Part shown: positions 15,571 through 31,300 of the stretch, piece by piece
Layout of the letters: each line of letters starts with the position of its first letter
How positions within the stretch are numbered: the first letter of the stretch is position 1
Assembly: GCF_009914755.1 (NCBI RefSeq)
Contig: NC_060945.1
Length of the DNA: 64,000 nucleotides
Source of the DNA: the human T2T-CHM13v2.0 reference genome, Homo sapiens
Strand: one strand, 5' to 3'
Program-made: the position numbers and the translations under genes
The notes under the pieces: model-generated
Databases searched by the model: none
Seen by the model: only the letters and a program-made list of their open reading frames with translations
Told to the model about the DNA's origin: nothing

Positions 15571-15844
15571 AATAAAAAGAACCAGGGCTCCTTAGAGAAA
15601 TGGCTGATTCTAGGGCTGGGACAGGGAACACATAAGGTGAGTGTGGAGTATCTTGTAGTACCAGAAAGTAAGAAATGCTTCAAAAACAAAAGAATGGAGC
15701 TATGTCAAAGAGTCACAGGAACCAACTTGAAAGAACTCCCAATGGAACAGTTTCGGTGACAAAATGAATAATATAGCATTGGATTATAACCTAGGGTAAA
15801 AAGTAAATATATGTAAGTCTATACTGATATAAAAAATGATGATC

Positions 15845-15995
15845 ACCAGGCATGATGGCTCATGCCTGTAATCCTAGCACCTTGGGAGGCTGAGACAGGA
15901 AGATCACTGGAGCCCAGGAGTTTGGGTCCATCCTGGGCAACAGTTTAGCAAGACCTCATCTCTAAAAGAAATAATAATAATAAAATAAAAATAAA
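15845..15995 (+). mobile_element. FLAM / AluJ left monomer
   Basis: Single Alu arm with A-rich tail. Confidence 0.75.
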
Positions 15996-16738
15996 TTGAT
16001 TGCTAAGTAAATAAATGGGGGAGAAGAGATAAATCTTCCTTACAAAAGTAATCCAAATAATACATGTAGATACTTCCTGCTTCCAGAGGTGGAGCTTAAT
16101 TCAAATACTCCTCCCCACTTCCCTAGTGTAGGTTTAGTGACCTACTTTTAAATACTGGAATATGACAAGGGAAAAATGATAACTCTATAATAGAGAAGCA
16201 TGGCAAACACTACCTTATCCAAGGGATCAAAGTTAATGTCATGTATAAATCATGTTACTGTGATGTACCCCTGAAGTGATGTGATGAAGATGCTTTGCCT
16301 CTGTATATCCTTCCCGAAACCCAAAATCCCAGCCCAATTGTGTGGAAAACATCAGAGAAACCTAAATTGAGGGACAGTCTAAAAAGTACATGAGCAGTAC
16401 CCTTTAAAACTGTCGAGGTCATGAAAAGCAATGAAGAACTGAAACACGACCACAGACCAGATGTGATGGGAGACACAATGATAAAATGCACTGTGGTACC
16501 CTGGACTGGACCCTGGAGCAGAAAAAGGCCAGAAGGGGAAAAACTAGTACAGCGCAAATAAAATAAAGTCTGGCGTTTAGTTAATAGTAACGTCCCAATG
16601 CTGGTTGCTTAGTTAGCAAATGTACCCTACAACCGTGAGAAATGTAAAACATCAGATGAAACTGGCTGAGAGTGTATGGAATTTTTTTCAAATGTTCTGC
16701 AAATCTAGAATCATTTCAAAATAAAAAGTGTAGTCAAG

Positions 16739-17550
<812 letters not shown>

Positions 17551-18154
17551 AGAAATGTGATATGTGATCAAGACAACACCAAAATCAGTGGGAGAAGGGT
17601 GGTGTGGTAGATTACAAAATATGGTCACAAATTCCTCCCACCCTGGAATTCATGCCCCTTTGCAATTTGACTTTGCAGTTCTCATTGGGAGGTTGGGACA
17701 TTTCTTCCCCTGTTGGGGAGCAATTTGGAACCACAGATCTCCAGGGGTAGCTGACTGCCAGTGTCATGATACTGTCATTATCTCTTCATTTAACATCTCC
17801 TCTCAGAGTACTCCTGGCTTGCTAGTTTAAATTGTGAAAATTTTCTGCATTAGCCTCATTTTATTTACATTCTTTGGTCTTTACTGTTCATTACTATTTA
17901 AATGTGTTAACATTTAAATGACATCTATACTGTAATTTTCCTTTGTCACTATTGAAGTCACCCTGGACTGCTAATTGCAAACATAATCGTATTTTCAGAG
18001 AGGTTTATTTTAGGCAGATTGCCCCTTAAGTTGCAAGAAGATGGAAAGAATGGCAGGCAGATCACCAAGAATACTCTGAAGATGAAGATGAATAAAGTGG
18101 GTAAGAGTGACTGGGATGGGCAGGGAATGGCAGACCCCTGAATGAGTTAGGGAG

Positions 18155-18556
18155 TGATCGAGCTTGAATATTTGTGCCACCCAGATCTCATATTGAATTG
18201 TAATCCCCAATGCTGGAGGTGGGGCCTGATGGTGGGTGTTTGGGTCATCGGGGTAGATCCCTCATGGCTTGGTGCAGTCTTTGAGATAGCGAGTGATTGC
18301 TCGTGAAATCTGGTCATTTAAAAGTGTGTGGCACCTCCCACACCCCAGCTCTTGTTCCTGCTTCCACCAGGTGAGATGTCTTGTCCCTCTTTGCCTTTGG
18401 CCATGAGTAAAAGCTCCCTGCAGCCTCCCTAGAAGCAGATACTGGCACTATGCTTCCTGTACAGCCTGTAGAACCAGGAGCCAATTAAACTTCTTTTCTT
18501 ATAAATAACCCACCCTCTGGTATTCTTTTAGAGCAATGCAAGAACAGCCTAACACA
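18155..18556 (+). mobile_element. MST (MSTB-like) solo LTR
   Basis: TG...ACA termini, MST body, 5-bp near-TSD GGGAG/CGGAG. Confidence 0.85.
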
Positions 18557-18930
18557 CGGAGAAAAGCCAAGGCAACCGATAGGTAAGAAAGAGCCCTCTA
18601 AGCAGAAGCTATAGCCAATGCAAAAGCACTGAGGTGGGACAGCAAAAAGGCCAGTGTGTCTGAAATGGAGGGAGGGCGATCATGGTAAAAGTGAGGCCAG
18701 TTGGAGTGGCTCATGCAGAGCCTGGTTGGACAAGGTAAAGTCTCTGTAGCATTTGAATTGTCTGGATTTGCCATTCCCAAACTGGGCACCAAAGTGCCCA
18801 AAGCACCACATTGCCTTGGAATGTTTTCAAAAGTTGAGGGAAATCCATCAATTCTTGACATCTGTTCATTACCAGGCAAACTACTGGCTCAAGGTAGTTC
18901 ATAGATTCAACATTAGATTGTGCTAGTTTC

Positions 18931-19228
18931 CAGCTGGGTGCAGTGGCACACGCCTATAATCGCAGCACTTTGGGAGGCTGAGGCTAGCAGATCACCTGAG
19001 GTCAGGAATTCAAGACCAGCCTGGCCAACATTGTGAAACCCCATCTCTACCAAAAAAACACAAAAATTAGCCAGGCGTGGTGGCAGGCACCTGTAATCCC
19101 AGCTACTCAGGAGGCCGAGGCAGGGAGAATTGCTTGAACCTGGGAGGCAGAGGTTGCAGTGAGCTGAGATCGTGCCATTGCACTCCAGCCTGGCAACAGA
19201 GTGAGACGCCATCTCAAAAAAAAAAAAA
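18931..19228 (+). mobile_element. AluS
   Basis: Full dimer; TSD AGATTGTGCTA(G/C)TTT. Confidence 0.9.
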
Positions 19229-19319
19229 AGATTGTGCTACTTTGGAAGAAGAGATGAAGAGATGAGTTCACAGCTTTGCAATGCTGGGTTTCCGGGGCTT
19301 ACCATGATGAAAAGCATCA

Positions 19320-19461
19320 GCCAAGTGTGGCGGTGCCTGCCTGTAGTCCTAGCTACTTTGGAGGCAGAGGCAGGAGGATCACTTGAGCCCATGAGTTCGA
19401 GGTTGTAGTGAGCTTATCGAGACACTGTACTCTGGTCTGGGGAACAGAGGAAGAACCTCTC

Positions 19462-19493
<32 letters not shown>
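19320..19493 (+). mobile_element. Alu right monomer (FRAM/AluJ)
   Basis: Single arm with long poly(A). Confidence 0.75.
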
Positions 19494-19496
<3 letters not shown>

Positions 19497-19641
19497 AAGC
19501 ACCAAGCTGAAATCAACACGGGTCAAGAAATGATAGTGTGGTATCCAATCTGATTTCAAGGTTGAAGAAATAGTGACATGTCCAACGGGCACACACACCC
19601 CATTCGAAATTATCTGTGCTTATTTAAGAATAAAGGAGGAC

Positions 19642-19935
19642 TGGCCATGGTGGCTCATGCCTCTAATCCCAGCACTTTGGGAGGCCAAGGCGGGCGGATA
19701 ATCTGAGGTGAGGACAGTCAGCCTGGCCAACATGGTGAAAGCCCATCTCTACTAAAAATACGAAAGTTAGCTGGGAGTGGTGGCAAGCGCCTGTAGTCCC
19801 AGCTACTCGGGATGCTGAGGCAGGAGAATCGCTTGAACCCAGGAGGCGGGGGTTGCAGGGATCACACCATTGCACTCTAGCCTGGGAGACAGAGGGAGAC
19901 TCTGTTTAAAAAAGAAAAAAGAAAGAATAAAAGAA
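19642..19935 (+). mobile_element. AluS with small internal deletions
   Basis: Dimeric Alu sequence and A-rich tail. Confidence 0.85.
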
Positions 19936-20269
19936 AACATTTTTATTTCCATCATATGTATTTACGTATATATGTAAACTGCTTCTTTATTATTAGAACA
20001 CAAATACTTATGTTGTTTGGACATAGCTATTTAATAAACTTAACAGTTTAGGTTTGGGTTTTGTCCTGGAGCACTTGAAAAATTATTGAGACACTAAAGG
20101 TGCCATGAACTGAGAAAGATTGAGAACTTCTGGTCTATACCTTTGATCAGAGCTCACTTTTATTAATTCTAAATTCCCTTTGCGGACTTTGATTCTTTTT
20201 TTTTTTTTTTTTTTTTTTTTTGGCAGCCTTAAGCTTTCCCTTGAGAATGAAAATTTAAAACTTGTAAAT

Positions 20270-21070
<801 letters not shown>

Positions 21071-21394
21071 AAATTCATGGACCACACTCATCACTCCTAA
21101 AACATAAATTAAGATTCCCACCTACAGAGGGCGCCATTGACAGTCCTAGTGGCATTCGGGGGTTGGGTGTGCAGGACCCACAACTGCCTGAAGCTCCAGC
21201 CTTCTCCTTCCCCAGCCAGCTGCCTGTGCAACAGTCCTCAGCCTCCCCCACCTCTCCCTCACCCTTCTGAGACTTTTGCTGAGGTTTTTGTTTTGCTTGT
21301 TTTTTTAAAACTGCTGCCGATCAAGGGGAAACAGACTGGGCATATCCGTGACTACCCCTCTCTTTTCTTCCTTCTAGGAGAGACAAAGTCACTA

Positions 21395-22105
<711 letters not shown>

Positions 22106-22234
22106 ATTTATATATAAATTTGTGTATTTATATATACATATATACTTATGTATATTTATATATGCATATATAAAAATATCTATATTTTACCACTATAAAA
22201 TATTTTTAAAAGAAAAATGATTTTTTCTTTTTGG

Positions 22235-22235
<1 letters not shown>

Positions 22236-22265
<30 letters not shown>
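22236..22265. repeat. (TG)n microsatellite
   Basis: About 15 perfect TG units. Confidence 0.95.
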
Positions 22266-22266
<1 letters not shown>

Positions 22267-22556
22267 TATCAGGTCCTTGAGGACTTGAAAAGCTCAAATC
22301 AGATTTGGCTGGCATTTCAGAAGAAAGCCAGGCCTCCAAAACTCAGGTGTGTCACAGAGGGCTCAGGGACAGGGATGCTGCTGAGCAGAGGAAAAGGATG
22401 AGGGAGTGAGCCTGGCCTAAGGAGGCCAACAGAGTGGGCCAGAGGTGGGGAGGGAAGAGGGTATTCAAAAACCAGGGTTGAGGAGAGTGTCCCAGCCAGT
22501 TCACAGGAAGAAGAAAAAAGTTCTGGTGGAAAAGCCATTCCAGTATCCCACTAGAG

Positions 22557-22600
22557 CAGCGGTCCCCACCCTTTTTGGCTCCAGTGACCAGTTTCTTTCA

Positions 22601-22631
<31 letters not shown>

Positions 22632-23347
22632 GGAGATGGAGTTTTGTTCTGTCATCCAGGCTGGAGTGCAGTGGCGTGATCTTGGCTCACTGCAACCTCT
22701 GCTTCCTGGGTCCAAGCGATTCTCCTTCCTCAGCCCAAGTAGCTAGGACTACAGGTGCCTGCCACCACACCCAGCTAATTTTGTATTTTCAGTTTTCACA
22801 ACGTTGCCTAGGCTGGTCTTGAACTCCTAGTCTCAGGTGATCCATCTGCCTCGGCCTCCCAAAGTGCCGGAATTACAGGCATGAGCCACTGTGCCGAACA
22901 TGGGGACCAGTTTTGTGTAAGACAATTTTTCCAAAGATGGGGGTTGGGGGGATGGTTTGGGGATGATTCGAGTGCATTACATTTATTGTGCACTTTATTT
23001 CTGTTATTATTACATTGTAACATATAATGAAATAATTACACAACTAACTATAATGTAGAATTAGTGGGAGCCCTGAGCTTGTTTTCCTGCAACTAGATGG
23101 TCCCATCTGGGGGTGATGGGAGACAGTGACAGGTCATCAGGCATTAGATTCTTGTAAAGAGCATGCAACCTAGATCCCTCACATGTGCGGTTCACAAATA
23201 GGGTTCACATTCCCATGTCACTCCTTCACTCCAGTCAAGGAGGCAGAGGCCAGGCAGTAATGTGAGCCATGGGGAGTGGCTGTAAATACAGATGAAGCTT
23301 CTCTCACTTCTCTCACCAGTATGGTGGCCCAAGGCTGGAGACCCCTG
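22557..23347. mobile_element. MER1A (hAT-Charlie) DNA transposon with a minus-strand Alu inserted (22606-22897)
   Basis: Imperfect TIRs CAGCGGTCCCC...GGAGACCCCTG; 8-bp hAT-type TSD CACTAGAG/CACTAGAA. Confidence 0.85.
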
Positions 23348-23419
23348 CACTAGAAGATCAGGGCTGCTGTCACTCAAAGGAACAAGGTGGAAACTGTTTC
23401 CACCTAAGAGTTCAAATTA

Positions 23420-23737
<318 letters not shown>

Positions 23738-23853
23738 AAATTAAAACCAAACACTATCTTATACCCAATAAAAAATAATATGCAAAGTCCATAAAATGAT
23801 TATATTTATTGTCATGGCTACCCATGTGCCCATGTGTGAAGCTTCTACTCTGA

Positions 23854-24265
<412 letters not shown>

Positions 24266-24698
24266 TGACCACAGAGCCCACACCAATAACGACTGCCCTA
24301 AAGCGTGACCAGGCAAGCTTGGTTTAGCAGAACCAGAGCTGCTGCTTTCCAACGTTCTAGGGAGTTTCCTTCCTTTAGCACACTTTCCTTAATGATGGCA
24401 GAGCACTAGGTTGGAAGAGTGCCTGGTGCCCGGAAGGAAGGGAAGAGCAGTAAGGAGGGTGGAGAGAGGGAGTAGGGGTTTCTGCCCTTTGTTCCCAGCT
24501 ACAGCCCAGGCTGGCCCGGCTCCCTGTAGCATTTGCTGAAGGCAGCAGATCACTGGCACCTCAGGCCTTCTGTTGAAAGCAGCACCTTCCTGCCTCCCTC
24601 GATGGGGAAAAAGGCACCTGCTTTCTCCAGGATGAAATCCATGGTGTCCCCCAGAAACTGAGTGTGCCACTTAGAACACTTGGGAATTCCCACACTGA

Positions 24699-25009
<311 letters not shown>

Positions 25010-25494
25010 CTTGAAAATTTCCCATGGATCTGAATTCAGTCCTTCACAACGCTTCAAAAACTTCCAAGAGTTTGCACGTGCTGCATTCTTCTTTTACAAA
25101 GACAATGATTCACATATAAACTGATAGCATATGCAAAAGGTGAGAATACATAATTAAGAAAACACTCAGGAATGAAAAGAATCAGTATAGATTTAGCCTG
25201 ATTTTTTTGAAATCCTACATCTATTTTAAATAGGTTATGGGTTTTTAGAGTCAAAATGGATTTTAGCATTCATTTTTTTCATTTTGCAAATGTGAAAAAG
25301 TGAGAGACAGGCGAGTCAAGTGCCTCTGTGGGTTCCTCTGTCTCAGTGGCAGAGCTGGGACTTGACCTGAGGTCTCCTGAGTGGCTATTTGAATATAGGT
25401 TGACACTATTGGATGAGATGCCTTTGACCTCGGATGGGCTGTCAGTACAGACATCAGTTGACTGCTGTGCACATATTCTTAAAGACCTCCTTCT

Positions 25495-25913
<419 letters not shown>

Positions 25914-26167
25914 CTAGAAACAAACTACCATTTGTTGCTTTCTAAAAAAAAGCCTTTTAAGCTCCAGACGACATTGGGCCTCTCTCTCCTGAGCTGAAAG
26001 GTTGGTTTCTTTGAGGTTTCCAAATGGCAGCTTATGTCTTCTCAGAAGGGCTACAGCCCATTTGTTGGAAGCCAAAAACCTTACCTCAATGGCCCAGGTG
26101 AGAGGACATGGCTCAGGGTTGCAGTCTGAGTGTGAAGCACATAAACATCTCCCATAATAGGCTTGGT

Positions 26168-26484
26168 GGCTGGGCCTGGTGGCTCAAGCCTGTAATCACG
26201 GCACTATGGGAGGCCGAGGTGGGTGGATCACCTGAGGTCAGGAGTTCAAGACCGGCCCAGCCAACAAGGTGAAACCCTGTCGCTACTAAAAATACAAAAG
26301 AAAAAGAAGAAGAAGAAAAAAAATTTGCTGGGTGTGGTGGTGCACACCTGTCATCCCAGCTACTTGGGAGGCTAAGTCAGGAGAATCACTTGAACCCAGG
26401 AGGCGGAGATATCAGTGAGCCAAGATCGTGCCACTGCACTCCAGCTTGGGCAACAGAGCAAGACTCCACCTAAAGAAAAAATAA
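26168..26484 (+). mobile_element. AluS with expanded purine linker
   Basis: Dimer; TSD AATAGGCTTGG. Confidence 0.88.
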
Positions 26485-26883
26485 ATAGGCTTGGATATGG
26501 CAGAGGGTGAGAGACAAGTAGCTAGGATCTCAAGGAAGAAGGAAAATAGAGATGTAACATGGAGCTGAAAAGAAGGTGCAGGAATTGCTTTAAAAGAAAA
26601 CAAAGAGACAGAAAGTAAGACGTGTAATTTACAATGTCCTGTAAAGGTTGCCTCTTGCACACATGGACTGAATGCTGTGACTACAGAGGCACTTTTCAAA
26701 CTAGTACAAGAAGGAACAAGATTGCCCAATGGTGCCATCACTTAGAAAAGAACCCTTTATTTTACCTCCACCTAATTGCTGTGCCTTTGCAGTATAAGAG
26801 GGCTTCAAGTCTTGGTTCGGACGGTCAGTATGACTCTGTGCCCTCAGTCTCCCCATCTGAGAAATGAAGATTCCTGTTGTACC

Positions 26884-27050
26884 TGGGCCAGCTTCATATG
26901 ACCTGAGCAATCACTCAGGGCCCTGTGTTCAAAGCATTAAACTATGCTTGGTTTAATGCTCTGCTATTATCATCCTGGAATTCTTAATAATCCTTGAACG
27001 AGGGGCCCCACATTTTCGTTTTGCACTGGGCAAGTAAATGACGTAGTTAG
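26884..27050. mobile_element. MER45A-like hAT element, inside a MIR
   Basis: GGGCCAGCTTCAT...GCTTGGTTTAATGCTCTGCT...GGGGCCCCACATTTTCGTTTTGCACTGGGC; similar in reverse orientation to the ends of the 53655-55290 element. Confidence 0.6.
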
Positions 27051-27675
27051 CCTAGTTAGTACCTATCTCAAAGGGTTGTTGTGAGTATTAATATTTTGGA
27101 AACACTTTATTATTTGGCACACCAGTCATCATTCACTTTAATTCCAGCTCCCATAACTGTGTTGAAATACCAAGTGGCTATGACTGTTTTTATTATTCAA
27201 ATTCCATCATAGTAGAAAGCATTTAAGGAAAACTGCCTCGGTGGAAAAGATTATTTCTCTCCAGACCCCAGATTGATTTTACACTGTTCATCCCTCTTTG
27301 AAACATATATTCCTTTTCCCACTTTTCCGTCCTATGAGTTGTTATAGTGCCTCAGAGTTAAGGTATTTGACCTACAAAGCTCTTAGAAAAGTGTGGGGTC
27401 CAGAGAGAAAGATAACTGAGCAATTCAGTTTTCTCGCAAGATTCCAAAATTCTTAAAGAGATCAGATTAGGACCAAAATCTTCTGATTTAACAGTGAGGG
27501 GCTAAGGGACAAAACAGAGGGAAGCCAGGGAGACGTCCTTCAGACCCTCTCATAGCCCACGACTGCCCGGTCGCATTGTGCTGTCCATCTGCCTTCTAAA
27601 CATCCTTCCATTGTGGCCGCTTCTCCTCTTCTTTCTGGGTGTACAGCGAGCACATCAGCCCAAGCACAGCCATAA

Positions 27676-28106
<431 letters not shown>

Positions 28107-29329
28107 TAAGTATCTGTTTGAGTCTGTCTCTGCTTTTAGTTATTTGGCACACATACTTCCAGGGCCTGCTTTTGACTCCTCCAGTCCATTTGCACTCAGC
28201 AGCCGAGAAGGACTTTTTACCAACACACATCCAATCACATCACTTTTGTACTTACAGTTCTTTGCTGGCTTAAGATAAAAGACGGAAATTCTCACCAAAG
28301 TCTCCAGGGCCCTGAGCTCTGGCCTGCCTACCTCCAAGTCCCCTGGCTCTTCCCTTTGCTCTGCTCCAGCTGTCTAGACTTTTCCCCATCCTTCAAGACA
28401 GCCATGCTCCTTTTGGATTTCAACATGCTGGTCCCTTTTTCTAAAATGTTCATCCTCCCGCAACACCCGGGTTTTGCTAGTTTTTGCTTGGCCAATTCAT
28501 CCTCTAGCTTTCTCATCCATCTTGCCTTAAAATGCTCCTGAATATCTCCCTTCCTCCCTCGGGCTCAGCTCCTTCATTCCTCGCTTCTGCTCCCATGGTT
28601 CCTGTCTTTCGTGACTGTCCGTTCACGGGGCATTATTTTCCAATGTCTGTCTTCCCTGCTGTAATAGTAACTGTATGCATTCATCCACTGGAGTTGCTTC
28701 CATCTTTTGGCCATCATAAATAATGCTGCAATGAATATTGGTGTGTAAGTATGTTTGAGTTTCTGCTTTACCAGGTAAGAAAGCCTGGGGATGCTGTCAC
28801 AGTGAGTAACAGTGCCCACTTAGACATTTGGAAGCCAGTGCAGACCCACAGGGCAGTGCTGCCCACTCCCAGGACTCGGGAGCATGGCTGCCTCCCTGTG
28901 CCAACACTGTCAGTCACTAGCGCAGAACCTGGCACACGTTGGTACCAATTCATATCTAAACTGGATGAATGAACAGACAGAATGGAAAGTACAGGAGGGA
29001 CCCGAGTTTTGGACAAACATTACTTACCCTGTGGCTCCTAAGTGCTGGGCATCCTTACCCACACTCCCAGCTTCAGTTTCCCTAACCTAGAGAGCGCACA
29101 CTAATATTTATGTTCAAATGTTATTGGGGAGGTTGAGTTTTTATTTAATATTTGAATGTAGATTTTAAAAATCATTATGCCAGACAGGCTGGGCCTCACT
29201 CGATAAACACTGATGTTTAGCATTTAACACACTTTTCCCCAGACTGGAAGAAGAGGCCGAGATCCCAATTCGGTGACCCAGCCCTTGCTGGAGTACTAGG
29301 TGGTATCTAATGCCATCCACCCTTCCGGG

Positions 29330-31300
29330 ATCTTTACGGCCCACCTCTGAGTGGGTCCCACGGGGACCCTCAGCCGCATTTTCTTTCTGCAGGCCTCCCT
29401 GCACACTCTGGGGCGTTCGCAGCTCTGGAGCCCGCGGGGCAGTGCGTCCGGCCCCGCCCTGGGCCTCATTATCTACGTTTCCGCGTCACGCCCGCCGCGA
29501 ACTTGGCAGGCCCTCCCGCCGGGTTCGGGAACACTGTGTGCCTAGCGCCCGCCCTCCTCCCTTCCGCCGGCCCCGCGCGATCCATAGGGTTTGGGTCGCT
29601 GGGCGCCAGGTACCCGCACCCGGCAAGCAGCCACGGAGCCCCTCGCGCACTTGTCCTCGATACCCTTGAGTTGGGGCTACGCAGGCCACTCCTAGGCCAC
29701 TGGCTGGGCGTCCGAACGTGGGTCACCCCGCGCACAGTCTAGAGGTTCAGAAAGATGCTGTGGCCCACTTTAAAACAAAGCCCAATTATTAGCGCTCGGC
29801 GGCTGTTTGCGCCGGTGCAGTGTCAGATCCCCCAGCGCTGCGGACAACCAGCACCCAAAGGAAGCCGAGCTGGAGCTAAAGATCCCGGCTCCGGAGCCAT
29901 CTGACCGGTTTTGAGACCTCCAGCTCGTCGCCGTCCTGGCTGCGAGAGCTTGGGCACGGCGCCGGGGCTCAGTCTCCTCTTCTGTGGAATGGCGATAACT
30001 GTATGTGCCGGGTGACTGCACGTGGCGCGCGGCGGGTGGCGGGGATGGCAGCGGTGCGATCCCACGCCTCCAGGACCCCACCTTCCTGCGGCCCCCGATC
30101 GGCCCCGCCCCGGGGGCGCCCCAGCTGCACGCGCGGCGCTGGCTCCAAAGTGCGTCACGGGCACCGGCCGCGCTCCTTCTGCCGCCAGGGCGAGGCTGGC
30201 ACCCGGCCAGCGCGGGCAGGGCCACGGGTGCCCGGCTGTTTCCCGGGTGTGGAAGGCGCTCAAGGTGCGCGGCCCGGGGCGCGCTACTGGGGGCGCCCTC
30301 CGCGGTGGGCAGCGCGCCAGGGATCGGCCTGGGCAGCCGCGGGGCGCGCGAAGGCTGCGCTTTCCCTACGGCCCCCCTCGCTTCCTCCGGCACGGCGGCA
30401 ACGGAGATTTCCTCTCGGGGAAACTACGCGGATCCTTTTCGGGGATCCTCGCCCCGCCCCAGTTCTCCGCCCCCTCCCCTTTGCTGGGGCGCCTGGGCTG
30501 GCCCGCGCAGGGGAGGAGGCTCTGGCAGCCTGGGCAGGGAGGCGGCGGGGGGCCGCGGAGCCGCTGGCCATCGATTCTCCCCGCCATGTGACGCCGTCCT
30601 TAGCCCTGCGACCCCCAGCGCGTCCCGGGCCTGCGCCTCCGCCCCGCCGCGCAGCGCACGATGCTTCTGCCGGGACGCGCACGCCAACCGCCGACGCCCC
30701 AGCCCGTGCAGCATCCCGGCCTCCGCCGGCAGGTAGAGCCGCCGGGGCAGCTCCTGCGCCTCTTCTACTGCACTGTCCTGGTCTGCTCCAAAGAGATCTC
30801 AGCGCTCACCGACTTCTCTGGTAAGAGCGCCCTCCCTGGCTGTGTGCCCCCGGCACCGCGGAGCGCCCAGGTGAACCCTCGACTGGGGGCAGCCGCACCA
30901 GTGGACACGGCGGGGTAGGATTAAAGTTGAGGCGTGCTCACAGACACTTGTCTGGTGTGAGCCCTTGGCATATAGATGGCTGCGAGTGAAGTGGCGACGG
31001 GGGACTGCCACTCCCAAGAAGGAAGGGTGTGTAATGTATTCAGAGTTTCTCGCCCTGCTGTTGACCTCGTCAATTTCCTAGCATTAGGGACCTGGTCCTG
31101 AGCCACGCTCGTTCTATGGAGGCTCCTTAAACTGAGCCCTGTGCCGCGCCCAGCGCTGTAAAATACACGTGTTGTGGTCGGAGGCGTTGCGCCGCGTTTG
31201 TCACCCGCGTAGCCCGTTTGCCCATGTAAGGAGACTAGCCCAGGGGACACTTGACCTCGAGTCCACATTGGCAGGTAGAAAGGGAAGCCCGCGGGGACTG
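29330..31300. promoter_or_regulatory. CpG island / promoter of EVA1C
   Basis: ~2 kb of very GC/CpG-rich sequence with GC boxes (e.g. 29450, 30101, 30451) surrounding EVA1C exon 1. Confidence 0.9.
30661..30820 (+). CDS. EVA1C: EVA1C (C21orf63) coding exon 1, 160 nt; MLLPGRARQPPTPQPVQHPG...CSKEISALTDFSG (long atypical signal peptide region)
   Basis: ATG with A at -3, donor CTG|GTAAGA at 30821; peptide matches recalled EVA1C N-terminus. No exon 2 recognised downstream in the window, so the rest is intron 1. Confidence 0.95.

Noticed and set aside
18730-20132. Possible hAT-Charlie fragment ending GGTGCCATGAACTGAGAAAGATTGAGAACTTCTG
   Set aside because: Only one terminus is recognisable; family and left boundary cannot be supported without a Dfam search.
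30586-30660. Possible lost N-terminal extension of EVA1C from the upstream in-frame ATG
   Set aside because: Two in-frame stops (TGA 30589, TAG 30601) intervene, so a single mutation cannot explain it.
29770-30824. Several long overlapping ORFs (189-273 aa) on both strands
   Set aside because: Low-complexity Ala/Arg/Gly/Pro translations are expected in a very GC-rich island; no recognisable domain.
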